From positions 26,722,001-26,786,000 of the forward strand of contig NC_043005.1 in the NCBI RefSeq assembly GCF_006345805.1: a stretch of DNA of 64,000 nucleotides. Direction: 5' to 3'. Numbering within the stretch: the stretch's first letter is position 1; each line of letters opens with the position of its first letter. This document shows, in pieces, positions 1-12,435 of the stretch. The notes under the pieces were generated by a model. That model worked only from the letters and a program-made list of their open reading frames with translations. It searched no databases and was not told the DNA's origin. The position numbers and the translations under genes are program-made. Origin of the DNA: Octopus sinensis. Taxonomy: Eukaryota.

Positions 1-490
1 ATATGCATACACACACACATATATATAAAGTGATTAAATTTTGAAATTGTATGGATAATACGACGTACAAATTCTGATGCCTCAGCTTAAGTACCATATC
101 ATCTGAATCTAAATTTTTGCTGAACATATTACCATACCCAAACGATATATATATATATATATAATATATATAATGCACATATATATATATACTCTTTTAC
201 TCTTTTACTCTTTTACTTGTTTCAGCTATATATATATACATATATACATATAAGTATATAAAAGCGTGTAGTGGGGTGCGTGTCTGCGGATATAGGTATC
301 TTTGCCTACAATGTTACTTCAAATTTTCTCGGTTTTTCCTCGTCTTCTCTTATCCAGTCTACACTATATTCCGAAGAAAGAAAATATCCGAAACGCCATA
401 ACAATTAACTCTTTCTTTTCCTCTGAGCCTCAAACTAACGATATCGATCGTCAACTTCTCCCGTCTTGCTATTCATCATTGTTCTATTCC

Positions 491-493
<3 letters not shown>

Positions 494-584
<91 letters not shown>

Positions 585-596
585 CTATCTATCTAT
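494..596. repeat. (TATC)n microsatellite
   Basis: Direct tetranucleotide run; source of the YLSI ORF 302..721. Confidence 0.95.
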
Positions 597-1045
597 CTAA
601 TTATATACGGTCTCAAGCCATTTCCGCTCCACCGGTCACTCCTTGCAACACCTATCTGTGTTCGGTTTGTCCGCAACAGAGGCCATCCGGATTCCCGTTG
701 CGCGCCGTGAACAGGATTTAATCTTCTCTTCGCTCTTATACGCTATTTGGTCTCAACTCTCCCCCCATCCTCATCTAACCCCCCTCCCCCTCCTCACCTA
801 TCCCCCCGACCCTACTTCTTCAGTCCTTCATCCTTTCACCCCTACTCCCTTCCCTTCTCCCTCTTTTCCCTCCTCCTTCCCTCTTCCCCTTCCCTCTGCT
901 CCCTCACTCCCCTTCTCTCTCCCCTCTCCCCTCTTTAATCCTTCCTCCCCTCTCCTTTTCCCCTTCCTCCCCCGCACCCTTCTCCGCCCTCTCTTCTCCT
1001 CACACACCACACGACTTTACACATCACATCATATATGATGTGCCA

Positions 1046-1390
1046 TACTAATACATACACCAACTAATAATACTAATACGTACTAATACATACTAATACA
1101 TACTAATACATACACCAACCCTATACATACACACGTCCAGACCCCTCATACGCACTTATATCTCTCTCATACACACACACTTATACATACTAATACGTAC
1201 TAATACATACTAATACATACTAATACATACACCAACCCCATACATACGCACGTCCAGACCTATCCTACGCACTAATACTCTCTCATACACACACAAACAC
1301 ACACACACACCCTTATACATACTAATACATACTAATACATACACCAACCCTATACATACACACGTCCAGACCTCTCCTACGCACTAATAG
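1046..1390 (+). repeat. ~120-130 bp minisatellite, about 3 units, inside the PLE 3' region
   Basis: Recurring ATACTAATACATACACCAACCCTATACATACACACGTCCAGACC motif. Confidence 0.85.
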
Positions 1391-1557
1391 CTGGTCATTC
1401 AACCCTATTATCAACCCTATTCTCTCCCTTATTTCGCTCTCGCGTCTCATGTTTGATCTTTGACCTCTGGCCGAAATCAGATCGCCATGTTGATTCGTTA
1501 GTACTGCACGCATTTTTTTTCTCTCCTTCTTTTCTGTGTTTTTTTTCTCTCTGTGTA

Positions 1558-1595
1558 TCTTTCTGTTGAAGAGCGTAGGCTCGAAACGTTAAAGA
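1558..1595 (+). ncRNA. Minimal type I hammerhead-like motif, family A (variant core CUGUUGA)
   Basis: Stem I TCTTT/AAAGA, core CTGTTGA+A, stem II GAG-CGTAGG-CTC, GAAA, palindromic ACGT stem III, GUU triplet. The A6 position is U. Confidence 0.6.
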
Positions 1596-1692
1596 CTTGT
1601 TTATTTATATTTCCTGAGCGCCATACTAATACAATTGTTTGTTTGTTTTCCACCTGCCTTCGTCTTTTGTCTATTTTCATAAAGCTTCCCGT

Positions 1693-1726
<34 letters not shown>

Positions 1727-1751
1727 ATATATTATATATATATATATATAT

Positions 1752-1908
1752 AAAGTTAATCCAAACAAGAAAACACAAAAAAACACAACAACGCGAGGAC
1801 GTGGAACAAACATAGTATTATTGGACGCTCAGGAAAGAAGGGAAGAAGGAGGGTTTAACGTTTCGAGCGGAGCTCTTCGTCGGAAACATAGGAGAAGGAA
1901 AGATCCAT
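1752..1908 (-). mobile_element. PLE terminal fragment, family B, with HHR-like motif at 1853-1887
   Basis: Reverse complement of 14470-14650. Minus strand reads GTTT CCGACGA A GAG CTCCG CTC GAAACGT T AAAC. Confidence 0.7.
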
Positions 1909-1920
1909 ATATATATATAT

Positions 1921-2030
1921 AGGGGGAGAATTCACAAAAAAATCAAAAGACGAAGATAGGTGGTGTAGACAACAAACAGATGTATTAGTTTAACGCTCGG
2001 AAAGTGGAAAAGTCTTTAACGTTTCGAGCC
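1921..2030 (-). mobile_element. PLE terminal fragment (family A-like), truncated inside its HHR by the Tc1 element
   Basis: AAGTCTTTAACGTTTCGAGCC is the reverse complement of 1578-1598. Begins at (TA)n. Confidence 0.65.
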
Positions 2031-3157
2031 CAGGTTGGTCAAAATAATAGAAGCACCTTAAAATTTCAAACAAATTTATTTTAATATGGGGTAGGACCGC
2101 CTTTGGCAGTAATTACAGCTTGACTTCTATGAGGTATGGACTTATAGAATTGATTTGTTTCCAAAGGAAGTCTTGTCCATTCTTAGCTCCAGTCTCCAGT
2201 TCTTGTAGTGATGATTGTGGAAGATATCAACTCATTTGTTTTGTTTTTTGAATGCACCATAAATATTCAATAATATTGAGATCTAGGGACAGTGGTATCA
2301 AGATAAGATGTTCAACTTCACTAGAATGTTCCTCGTTCAATTCAGCAATAACTTTAGCTGTGTGAATTGGTGCATTATCACCCTGAAAGATTGCGTTTCC
2401 CACTGGGACGGCGGATTTCCAAGTTATAGCTCTCCAGATCATCACAGATCCTCCGCCACGTTTAACAGTTGGGAGAAGGCAGTCTGGGTCAAATGCTTCT
2501 TTTGGCTGTCTCCACACGTATGTATACTCGGCCGGTAGTCGGAAATAAGGTAAAAGGATGACTCGTCCGAGAAAAAATCATTCTTCCACTGCTCTAAGGA
2601 CCAATTCTGTAAGTTTTTACTTCTAAACGCTTTGCAACGTTTGTTTTTGAAAGTAGTGGTTTTCTGATTGCTGCCCTCCCGTGAAATCCGGCTTTGTGCA
2701 GCTCCCGGCGAACAGTTTTTATGGAAACTGGGTTCTCGAGGTGATCATTAAGCTCTGCAGTACTTTTGGGAGTTGCACTTTTGTGATCCTTTCTAAAAAT
2801 TCACATAAGAGTCCGACGGTCCCTAACTGAAAGTTTTGGTTTTCTTCCGGAGTTTTGTTTCGACGAGGTTTTTCCCTCTTTCTCAAAGGTTGTCATTACT
2901 TTGGAGACAGTCCTTCTTGATAGACCAAACGTTTCGGCTGTTTTCGTTACGCTAGCGCCTGCCATTCGAGTACCAACAATTTGACCTCTTTGAAAGTGCG
3001 ATAGATCTGTCATTTAGTTACCTTTTTCTGATGATACCTGAAAAGAAACAGTAATTTTATCAAAGCATATTAAGCAACACTAATAATAAACCAAAAAAAA
3101 CCATAAAAATAAACAAGCTTCTGACGGCTTTATAAATATTTCAATATTTTGACTCCA
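2031..3157 (-). mobile_element. Degenerate Tc1-family DNA transposon with internal deletion
   Basis: ORF 2801..3013 is a paired-like HTH (DLSHFQRGQIVG..GRKPKLSVRDRR). ORF 2227..2517 has TVKRGGGSVMIW, FQGDNAPIH and SLDLNIIEYLW (DD34E region). Terminus CAGGTTGGTCAAAATAATAG at 2031. Confidence 0.9.
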
Positions 3158-4008
3158 TTTCTTTGACCTTCGACCCAATCCCCAACCCGACACGTCCACA
3201 CTCATTCGTCTGGCCGAACTTGTCCTCTCATTCAACTGCTTCTCGTTCGCTGGTGATTTTTACCTGCAGGATCGGGAGTGGCCATGGGAATGAGATTGGG
3301 CCCCAACTATGCAAACCTTTTCGTTGACTACGTTGAGGCCTAAATATTCTCAAGTTTCACTGGTCCCATTCCCGAATTATACGGTCGTTATATTGACGTC
3401 TGTATCGGTGCGACCTCACTCTCCCGCGAATATCTAGACTCCTTCCTCTCTTTCGTTCAATCCTTCCATCCTGCCCTCCACTTCACCTCCACTATCTCCT
3501 ACACCTCTGTCTCCTTTCTTGACATTTCGGTTAGCATTCATCACTCCACTCTCACCACCTCCATCCACTACAAACACACAGACTCACACTCATTGCTCAA
3601 CTTCTCCTCCCACCATAAACACACCAAGCTTTCCATTCCCTATTCCCAATTCCTCCGTCTACGCAGGCTCTGTAGTGACGACCATAACTTTGAGACTCAG
3701 TCTCAACTCATGCCTCGCTACTTCATCCTACGTGGATATCCCCTCACCACTATCCACACCGCCCTTGCCAGAGCACGTTCCGTTGACCGTGCATCTGCTC
3801 TCTGCCCCCGCCCCCGCCCCGCCATCTCCCGTTTCCTCTCACCTACCATCCCTCCACCCTACCTCTCCAACGAACCATTCTCCGAGCCTTCCGGCGACTC
3901 CAGTTCGATCGCTCCACTTCGGAGATCTTCCCTAACCGACCCTCCCCTCCCTTCCTTCAAACAAGCCCACAACCTACGAGACCTCTTGGTCCACAGCTTC
4001 TTCCCTAA

Positions 4009-4010
<2 letters not shown>
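3158..4010 (+). mobile_element. Penelope-like RT/thumb fragment (pseudogene)
   Basis: Translates LIRLAELVLSFNCFSF, VAMG..GPNYANLF, YGRYID, SFLDISV, SIPYSQFLRLRRLCS. Same family as 34477-35930. Confidence 0.9.
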
Positions 4011-4065
<55 letters not shown>

Positions 4066-4180
4066 TTCCGGTGCGAATGTTTTTTTTATATGACGCCGAG
4101 TTTACAATCCTGTAAATAATAATAATAATGGCATTTTTATATAAGCTTAAACCTTATGGTGATCACCCTGCAATGACTAA

Positions 4181-4237
4181 GGAAAATGGTCTAATAAAGG
4201 GGCATATAAGCCCTCGAAAGAAAAAAGAAGGTTTTCC
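4181..4237 (+). ncRNA. Decayed hammerhead-like motif
   Basis: GGAAAA..CTAATAA (core with two G>A changes) AGGG-loop-CCCT CGAAA..TTTTCC. Confidence 0.35.
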
Positions 4238-4899
4238 TATCTGCGTGAGAGTCGAACCCACATGAAGAAAAAGTAAAACGGAATGGGTAGAAAAAAATTA
4301 TTATTATTATGTTAAAAGTGGGTGGAGTAGGAAATATAATCATTATTCAATACGATGTTCAATAACGTGTTTACCATCTATATTCGATAATTTCCAGACT
4401 CTTGTTACAACAATGTGTTTTGAAATTAACTGTCTATTTTGTAGCTGTTTCAACGAAATAATTTGTTTAACTGACCTCTCTCTTCTACATTTAATCACTT
4501 GCTTTCCATAAAACCATGACTTACATTAATATTTAATTTTAACTTAATTTATTTTGTGTAACTTCATATATTGAATGGCGGTTTTATTTTTAATTCTACC
4601 AATATTTATGACACTTTTATCTTTCCTCTTTTCTTTCACACCTATTTTTCGACACACATATATAATAATCTTCATTACCATCATTATAATTTTTATTATG
4701 CTTTCTATAATTTTTATTTCCTTTTATTTTTTTATAAAAGCACCAAAATATTTCATTTGAGAATTAGAAAATCTTGCAAGGTATAAACTTTAATTATGAA
4801 AATATAAAATATTCTGTTACTATTTTCTTTGACTAATTTATTTAGATTGTGAATCTTTCTGTCTTTGTGGATAAATATTCAAAATATTAAATCAATTTA

Positions 4900-5760
4900 G
4901 GTTGAGCCTTTAAACAACCATCTTCTTAAAATATTTAACCATCAGCTTAATCTGTCCACTAAAAATATTGCTATTCCTTAAGTAAATCTATCTTAAACGT
5001 CTGGCGACAGCTTTATTATGTGATGAAAGTTGGTTTGCATTTTTCAATGGAAAACACGAAGAAAATCTGGAAAACAGTTTCATATTTGGATTTCAATGTC
5101 ATTGACGTTCATCAATAGACAATTTTCTCTAACCTTTTGAAAAGTGAGCTATTTCGCATTACTCAAGAAATGTTTATACTCTATCTCTTCGTCTGAATTC
5201 TATGACAAGCTAAAAGAAAACTCAAAACCTTATTGCGCTTCGAAAACACTTAAAACATATATGAAATAGGATAAAAGATTCATTTCTGTTTTGTTACAGG
5301 CACCCATATCAAATCACAGTAGATACTTTGAACGTCATCGACGAAAATCTTACTCGTAGAAATGCCTAGAAACATGGAGCAAACGCTAGCAAACCTTTTT
5401 TTTTTAAATAACCGTACTAAATGCAATTTATTACATTGTTTATAATCTCCCAACAGACAGTAACGATAAGTGCACAATGACCAGCTGTCTCATCAGCAAT
5501 CTAGCTATGCGCTCGAGAACCTACTTAGAGCACCAAAGAGCCTGCAATAAATGCGCAATTTCTACAGTGAGATCATTATTCGAAAATTGCATATTCGCAT
5601 CAAGGAACCCATACAAACAAACGCACGTTAAGAAATAACTCTCGAGGCAAGAGGGTGAAACATAAATAATATGAAGATCACGGAAGCCATCCTCATTCAT
5701 TAACTGGACCCATCCATCAAGAATCGACGAGAACTGCTCGAAGCAGTTTTGACAAAATTG
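4900..5760 (+). mobile_element. Heavily decayed PLE remnant (tentative)
   Basis: KTVSYLDFNV at ~5070 (FLD-like motif) and MKITEAILIH*LDPSIKNRREL at ~5672-5740, resembling GIY-YIG C-termini. Confidence 0.35.
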
Positions 5761-6086
5761 GTCGATCACACAGCATGTTAAAATAAAGGATTGCAGTTCC
5801 ATATCATCCTTCCTCTTCCATGACCAAAATGTGTCTCAACAACAAAATATAGAAATACGTATTGTAAAATGCGTTGTCTTGTTTTCGCTCCTTCATTTCA
5901 AATTTGTTGGCTTTCAAAAAACTAAATACACTGTCACACAATACTTGATTCACAGACATGTATGTATAAACGCTCCCACACACATACACATACACACCGC
6001 CATGTACAGATATACACATAGACACACACAAACACATACACATATGTATATACAAATGTATGCATTTCTCAACAGCTATGTGAACA

Positions 6087-6259
<173 letters not shown>

Positions 6260-7270
6260 CAGATATGTTTCTTTATTAGCCACACAGGGCTGCACACAGA
6301 TAGAACAAATTACAAGGTAGAGCTTTTCTTTTGGAGGTAAAAAAAAAAAAAAAAAATAAAAAAAAGGGGGGTCGATCAAAAGGGATCGTAAAAGGAGAGA
6401 AAGAGGACAAAAAAAAGGGGGGGTTAAAAAAAAAGGGGGAGAGGAAAAAAATTGATCAATAGGGATCGTTATCACAGAAATGTCAATATGAAGTGTAAAG
6501 GGGAGGACAGGTGAGGCTTACCCGTGGAAAGAAAAGCCTACGGAAAAGACCACGGTAACCTCGGTCAATGAAGTCACATGTTATATTTCTTTTTTTTTTT
6601 TTTTTTTTTTTTTTTTTGCAAATAAGCAACTCTCTGTATTAATTTTTACGGTTCATAGAATCATAGTCAAGTGGCTTCGTCATTCATACGTGCCATCCTT
6701 GCTACATTCACCCATCTTTTTTTAAACATTCACTAGACAAAACTTGCCTCTCTACTCTCACTTTTTACTTCAAGTGATACTTGAAGAAGTTGATGAGAGA
6801 TTGACCAGAGAGGAAAGTGTTTGTCTCTAATCCTTTCAGACGCGTCCACCAGATACATTATTTCGCCATAGCCACAAGTATGATAAAAATAGCTCTTCCT
6901 TCCCGTTTGAAGGAAGGAGGCGTGACGATATTAACGATAGACTCGGCTGATAAACCGACACGTCCCACACGTGACAGCAGTCGTTCGACATAAGCCCACA
7001 GGTGGGAAATTGCTGGACACTGCACGATTGCGTGCAGAGCGGTTTCGTCGCTCTGCCCGCATCTCGGGCAGGTCGGCCCCGTGTTTCTCGAGCCATGCCT
7101 ATAGAGCTTATCCCGAACGGGTAGCGCTTCTCGGTAGCACCGCCAGGCCAGGGATCTCTGGAAGTTGTCCATAGGTCCCGGGCCGAAAGTCGTTTGAAAC
7201 AGGCGGGTCAGGTATTCCTCGTCGACGCCCAGGTTTGCCCCGAGCTCGTCGTCGTACCTCCCCTCCACTA
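6260..7270 (-). mobile_element. 5'-truncated Tx1/L1-like LINE, copy 1 (C-terminal zinc finger and 3' UTR)
   Basis: ORF 6858..7463 contains FQRSLAWRCYREALPVRDKL and CPRCGQSDETALHAIVQCP. Reverse-complement homologue of ~16735-17662, with the same AATAAAGAAACATATCTG end. Confidence 0.9.
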
Positions 7271-7271
7271 C

Positions 7272-7336
<65 letters not shown>

Positions 7337-7339
7337 TAC

Positions 7340-7935
7340 CCACATCGCATATATACATAATGTAAAATAAAAAGCTAGTAAAAACAGAAAGAAGTACGAC
7401 GAATATGGAGCTAGTTAAACACAAGGAGATATAAACCCACAATATGGTAGAAGCCATAGTCACTCATAATAAAAAGGAATACTGGTGGAATGTACCAGTG
7501 AAGGCCTCAATAAAATGTAAGCGCAACAGACCTGGTACAATGATTTGGGATAGAGCAGGGAAACTATGCACAGTTGTGGAAATTAGTTGCTCAGCGGATG
7601 TTAACATGAAGCTGCAGATCGATACATAAGAGAATACCTATGCTGAACTATTGAGAAATCTGCAGTTACTCTATCCAGAATACAAGTTCAGGTTTATACT
7701 TGTGGTATTGTGGCCCTGCGATATGTAACACACTGCCTAAATACCAATATTGAGAAATTCGGCTTCTCAAAACCAGAAAGGAGAAAGCTAATTCGAAGAC
7801 TACAGATCCAATCTATCACTGGAACTGTAAAAATCTGTAAAACTTTCCAGAAGTTTATCATTTAAATATATATGAGCGTGTCTAGATATGCAAGTTTATG
7901 CATGAGAATACACACATAAAACAAGAAATACAAAT
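7340..7935 (+). mobile_element. 3' fragment of an R4/Dong-like RLE LINE (restriction-like endonuclease domain)
   Basis: EYWWNVPVKASIKCKRNRPGTMIWDR..VVEISCSADVN..ENTYAELLRNL, a decayed RPD..(D/E)xK domain. Runs into (TACA)n. Confidence 0.75.
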
Positions 7936-7939
7936 CTGC

Positions 7940-7976
7940 ACATATACATACATACATACATACATACATACATACA

Positions 7977-8010
<34 letters not shown>

Positions 8011-8378
8011 CATACACACATACATACATACATACATACATACATACACACACACATACATACATACATACATACATACATACATACATACATACATACA
8101 TACATACATACACACATACATGCATGCATACATACATACATGCAAAAATGCCCTGTTGTTGATGTTGAAATTCTATTGAAGGAACCTTGAATCTAAGTTA
8201 GAAACCGCTCTTTCTCTATTGGCTGGAACTCTTGAAATAAACTAAATAGTGACATACATACATACATACTACATACATAAATACATACATACATAAATAC
8301 ATACATACATACATACATACATACATACATACATACATACATACATACATACATACATACATGCATACATACATACTT
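7940..8378. repeat. Two (TACA)n microsatellite blocks
   Basis: Direct: 7940-8145 and ~8250-8378. Confidence 0.95.
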
Positions 8379-8972
8379 ACCTACATGTAGATCCTGTCTC
8401 AGCATTCAACCGTCTACTCCCGGGACTTGCTTGATCATTGACCAAACAAAACGATGACCTAGAGCAATGCAACATCACAAATACACACCACTACCGATAA
8501 TAGAAACTAATGCCCTTACATAGACCTATTTCGCATGCTTTACGGTGCCTAGCATAATTATCATAGTAGGTTACTTGGAATCTTTCAGCATAACTTTCTG
8601 CTGCTGTAATAATTTGATGTCGATTTTTCTGTCGAGTGAATCTGATGTGTAATAAATTCCACATCTTGTGTTTCAGTGATTATCTTGCTATGCTACATTA
8701 TTGATCTGTGCTACTTTATCAGCTGAAGTTTCATATTGCCAATATTACGATAATGGCCAATTATTGTGCTCAGCATTGTAAGAAGTGTGTAGGCTGTAGT
8801 GTGTTGCTTGCAGTGTAGTATAAGGAAGAAGCGTTCGTTAGCTCCCACACACTGAGAAGGTGACCTAGGTGAATACAGATACGCCACACATATGAAAGCA
8901 CACATATACACATACATGCTTCCCCCCATTTCTCTCTCTATCACATACATAATATATATATATACAAAATAT

Positions 8973-9034
<62 letters not shown>

Positions 9035-9341
9035 CATACATACATATATACATACATACACACAAACGCACACACACAATATGTTATATAATGGTCTGCT
9101 GCTGTGATGATTCTAAAATGCAACACACTAAATCCTCACGGTCTACCCCTCTGAAAAGATTTTGCCTAATATAATGATTCTATTAATTACCGTTTAATCT
9201 ATTACGCGTAATTGAAACAGCTGTAAGGGACCATGTTTGATTTTTACAGATAATAATTTTTTTATTAAATGCTATATCTCCATTTTCTTGCTTTCTTTTG
9301 AATGATCGTATGTATGTAAATATATATATATGTATATATAT

Positions 9342-9428
9342 ATAACGGGAAGCTTTATGAAAATAAACAAAAGACGAAGGCAGGTGGAATACAAACAAAC
9401 AATTGTATTAGTATGGCGCTCAGGAATA
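9342..9428 (-). mobile_element. Short PLE terminal fragment (family A) between (TA)n tracts
   Basis: Reverse complement of ~1610-1695. Confidence 0.75.
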
Positions 9429-9469
9429 TATATATATATATATATATCTATATATATATATATATATGG

Positions 9470-9601
<132 letters not shown>

Positions 9602-10069
9602 CACCAACAATTATATAGCTGCATACGTCTACATATATATATATAGCTCTGAGACGGTGTGACTAGCGCCGGTGTATGGGCACGACATAATTATGTCGGA
9701 TAAGAAATCACTGTTGAGTTTTTGGGAAGTTTCTCAGGGAATACTTAAACGGTGGTAAAATAAAAATTTAGCCAAAACAAGTCTATGGGTCTGCAGCTTA
9801 TTAACAGGACAGGGATGGCTATGCCAGTAGGTGTCTTGAGACTTTAGACCAACATCAAGTTAAGTCGTTTAGAGCTTGATTATGGATGAGGTAAAGTTAC
9901 GAGCAACGTGACTAGCCTTATTCAGAAATGGATTGAAAGAAAGCTATCCCTGGAAAGTCAGACATGTACTAACTCAAAACAGTGGATGATGTGCATTATA
10001 ATGACCAAAGTCAGATGATATTTTTGATTACTTCAAGTGAATAATTTTTTAATTATTTAAAAGAACAGT

Positions 10070-10633
10070 AAGGTGGCGAGCTGGCAGAATCGTTCGCACG
10101 CCGGGCGAAATGCTTGGCGGTATTTCGTCTGCCGTTACGTTCTGAGTTCAAATTCTGCCGAGGTCGACTTTGCCTTTCATCCTTTCGGGGTCGATAAATT
10201 AAGTACCAGTTATGCAGTGGGGTCGATGTAATCGACTTAATCTGTTTGTCTGTCCTTGTTTGTCCTCTCTGTGTTTAGCCCCTTGTAGGTAGTAAAGAAA
10301 TAGGTATTTCGTCTGCCGCTACGTTCTGAGTTCAAATTCCGCCGAGGTCGACTTTGCCTTTCATCCTTTCGGGGTCGATTAAATAAGCACCAGTTACGCT
10401 CTGGGGTCGATGTAATCGACTTAATCCGTGTGTCTGTCCTTGTTTGTCCCCTCTGTGTTTAGCCCCTTGTAGGTAGTAAAGAAATAGGTATTTTGTCTGC
10501 CGCTACGTTCTGTGTTCAAATTCCATCGAGGTCGACTTTGCCTTTCATCCTTTCGGGATGAGTACTGGGGTCGATGTAATCGACTATCCCCCTTCCCTAA
10601 ATTTCAGGCCTTGTGTCTATAGTAGAAAGGATT
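10070..10633 (+). mobile_element. tRNA-related SINE (octopus OK-like family; name from recall) with the body tandemly repeated about 2.5 times
   Basis: GGCGAGCTGGCAGAATCGTT head. GGTATTT(C/T)GTCTGCCG..GAGTTCAAATTC recurs at ~10109, ~10304 and ~10488. Confidence 0.85.
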
Positions 10634-11399
10634 ACTTACATGAACAGGAACTGCTATTCATAGTCAGACAGGAAACCCCAGAGATCCTAGGTTATCAGAA
10701 CACTAAAGTACTCTCTTCTGGCTGCCCTTCTCCGACCTGCTGACACACACTGAAAGTAGATACAAAGCGTAGTTGGATAGTAACATTGCATGTAGACTTA
10801 GCTCCTCATAAAATCTGAAATAAATTCAATAACACCAAATCAAAACCAGAATTATCATGAAAATGAAGAAATTTTTAATGATATATAGATTTCAGTATGT
10901 ACAATTGATAATTATTTTATGCATTACACATAATACATAGAATAACATATAGTATGTGTGTAAATGCGATCATTTATATGCGGGACAAATAAAACGGAAC
11001 AGAATATTTTTTGAATCCAAACAAAACGATACTTAAATGTAGCTCAGAAGCAGTGTCCTGACAAAAGTTGACACTGAACAAACAGGCAAGTCTCTTTCGT
11101 ATTCGCGTCCAAATTAAAAAGAAATTTGAAAGAGAACATTGGGCTTTATAAGTGTTGACATGTTATTGCTGTACGCAACACTCACGAGCTGAGCAATACG
11201 AAAGGAGAGGAAAATGAAGTGGAGGAAAAATATCGTTGCTGACACGCGAGTTTATGGAGATTTATAATAAAAAGTAAAAAAGATACCTGAAATGATATAG
11301 GCCAACTTATAGAAATAATATAACTGAAAATATAAGAAAACACTCGATACCACATAGAAAACATAACCTACCAGAAACCAATGAAATCTACGTAACGGA

Positions 11400-12050
11400 A
11401 ACTACTACATGTGAAACAGATAAGAGACTCCATAGCAGAAAGTAACACAACAAAGACTATCAAAATAATGGCAGTTTATAGAAGACATCTTATGAGAATC
11501 AAACAAAGCACTACAGCTAATCAAAAACAGCCGCAGAAAAAGATGATGAATTAAAATCCGGAAAAAATCACGAATTCCATAACAATCCCTATGGGAATAT
11601 TCAATCAAATAGACAGCTACCCACGACACTTAACAAAAAAAAACAACAACTCAAAATAAAAGGATTAGTCATGAGCGAACAACAAAAGATAACGTTGAGA
11701 CGATGGGTGCCTAACAGGAACAATACAGGAAATAGAAAGAAAAGGAATAACAAAATTAGTAAAGATAGATCAACGTAAACACCTGATGAACCTAGACACA
11801 AACAGCTTTCTGAAAGTATGAATAGATATAACAGGGATCTGTAAGGAATTTTGCCCGTGGAAGAAAACTATCCGAAAATAAACAGATTGAACGAGAGTAT
11901 CTTTGGTAGTGTCGAGGGAAACTGGGTTTGATTTCAATAGCGTTAGAATCTTAAACAAGCTCCATAGCAAAAGAAAAGAAAAAACTTGCTTATAAAATTG
12001 CGAAAAAGAAAACCTTATTCCTTACTTAGTGGCCTAGAAAAGGAGGGATC
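11400..12050 (+). mobile_element. Highly decayed A-rich retroelement remnant, possibly a PLE
   Basis: Broken frames include ITIPMGIFNQI and GFDFNSVRILNKLHSKRK, reminiscent of PLE linker and GIY-YIG C-terminus. Confidence 0.25.
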
Positions 12051-12388
12051 CAACATGAAAAGAAAGAAAAGAGAAAAATTTCAATCACTGAAATATAAAA
12101 AAAACATTTTGGAAGCCAAATAAATAAATAAAAAAATAAAATAAATGAAAATCTTAAATCATATTAAGCAAAAGTGTGACGTACCAAAGCCTCCGAAAGA
12201 GTTGAATGTTTCTTGGAGAATAATAATGTGTTTCAAGTAAATACGAATCAATAAATATATATGTAAATAAGAGATTACTGTAGTTCGCTTGAAGCATTGT
12301 GCATTGTTTGTAAAATATAACGTGTCTTGAAGGGCACAACAATGCAGAGTAGACTATAATAACTGTTATAATTTAATTATCCATAGTC

Positions 12389-12435
12389 TGATATAATAAT
12401 ATTTTGGAATATAAAAATTCCTTCTTCAGATATCA
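12389..12435 (-). ncRNA. Decayed hammerhead-like motif
   Basis: Minus strand: TGATAT CTGAAGA A GGAA-loop-TTCC AAAA..ATATCA. Perfect 6-bp stem I and 4-bp stem II; G12>A. Confidence 0.5.

Larger units (their letters stand above)
611..1695 (+). mobile_element. 3' end of a Penelope-like element: GIY-YIG C-terminus, pyrimidine tract, minisatellite, HHR-bearing terminal repeat
   Basis: 611-770 translates VSSHFRSTGHSLQHLSVFGLSA..RREQDLIF, matching HFRSAGHSLDDISVFGLA at ~35770. The terminal segment ends at (TA)n at 1695. Confidence 0.75.

Noticed and set aside
302-721. ORFs made of YLSI, HT/YT, VC/MYV, YI or poly-I/L repeats here and throughout (e.g. 5831, 7862-8179, 13730-14875, 20506-21292, 36126-38369, 41826-42248)
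   Set aside because: They are stop-free translations of (TATC)n, (CA)n, (TACA)n, (TA)n and (TAA)n microsatellites, not genes.
3028-3050. CTGATGA..GAAAC hammerhead-like words
   Set aside because: No stem II or stem I can be formed; lies in the Tc1 5' region.
5521-5802. 93-aa minus-strand ORF (MELQSFIL..)
   Set aside because: No recognisable domain; the opposite strand is better explained as a decayed GIY-YIG remnant.
8480-8670. Short minus-strand open frame (MWNLLHIRF..AAESYAERFQVTYY)
   Set aside because: Under 60 codons, no recognised homology, weak splice signals.
10640-10749. Minus-strand segment with a good acceptor and a GTAAGT donor
   Set aside because: Stops in all three frames, and the donor overlaps a SINE tail.
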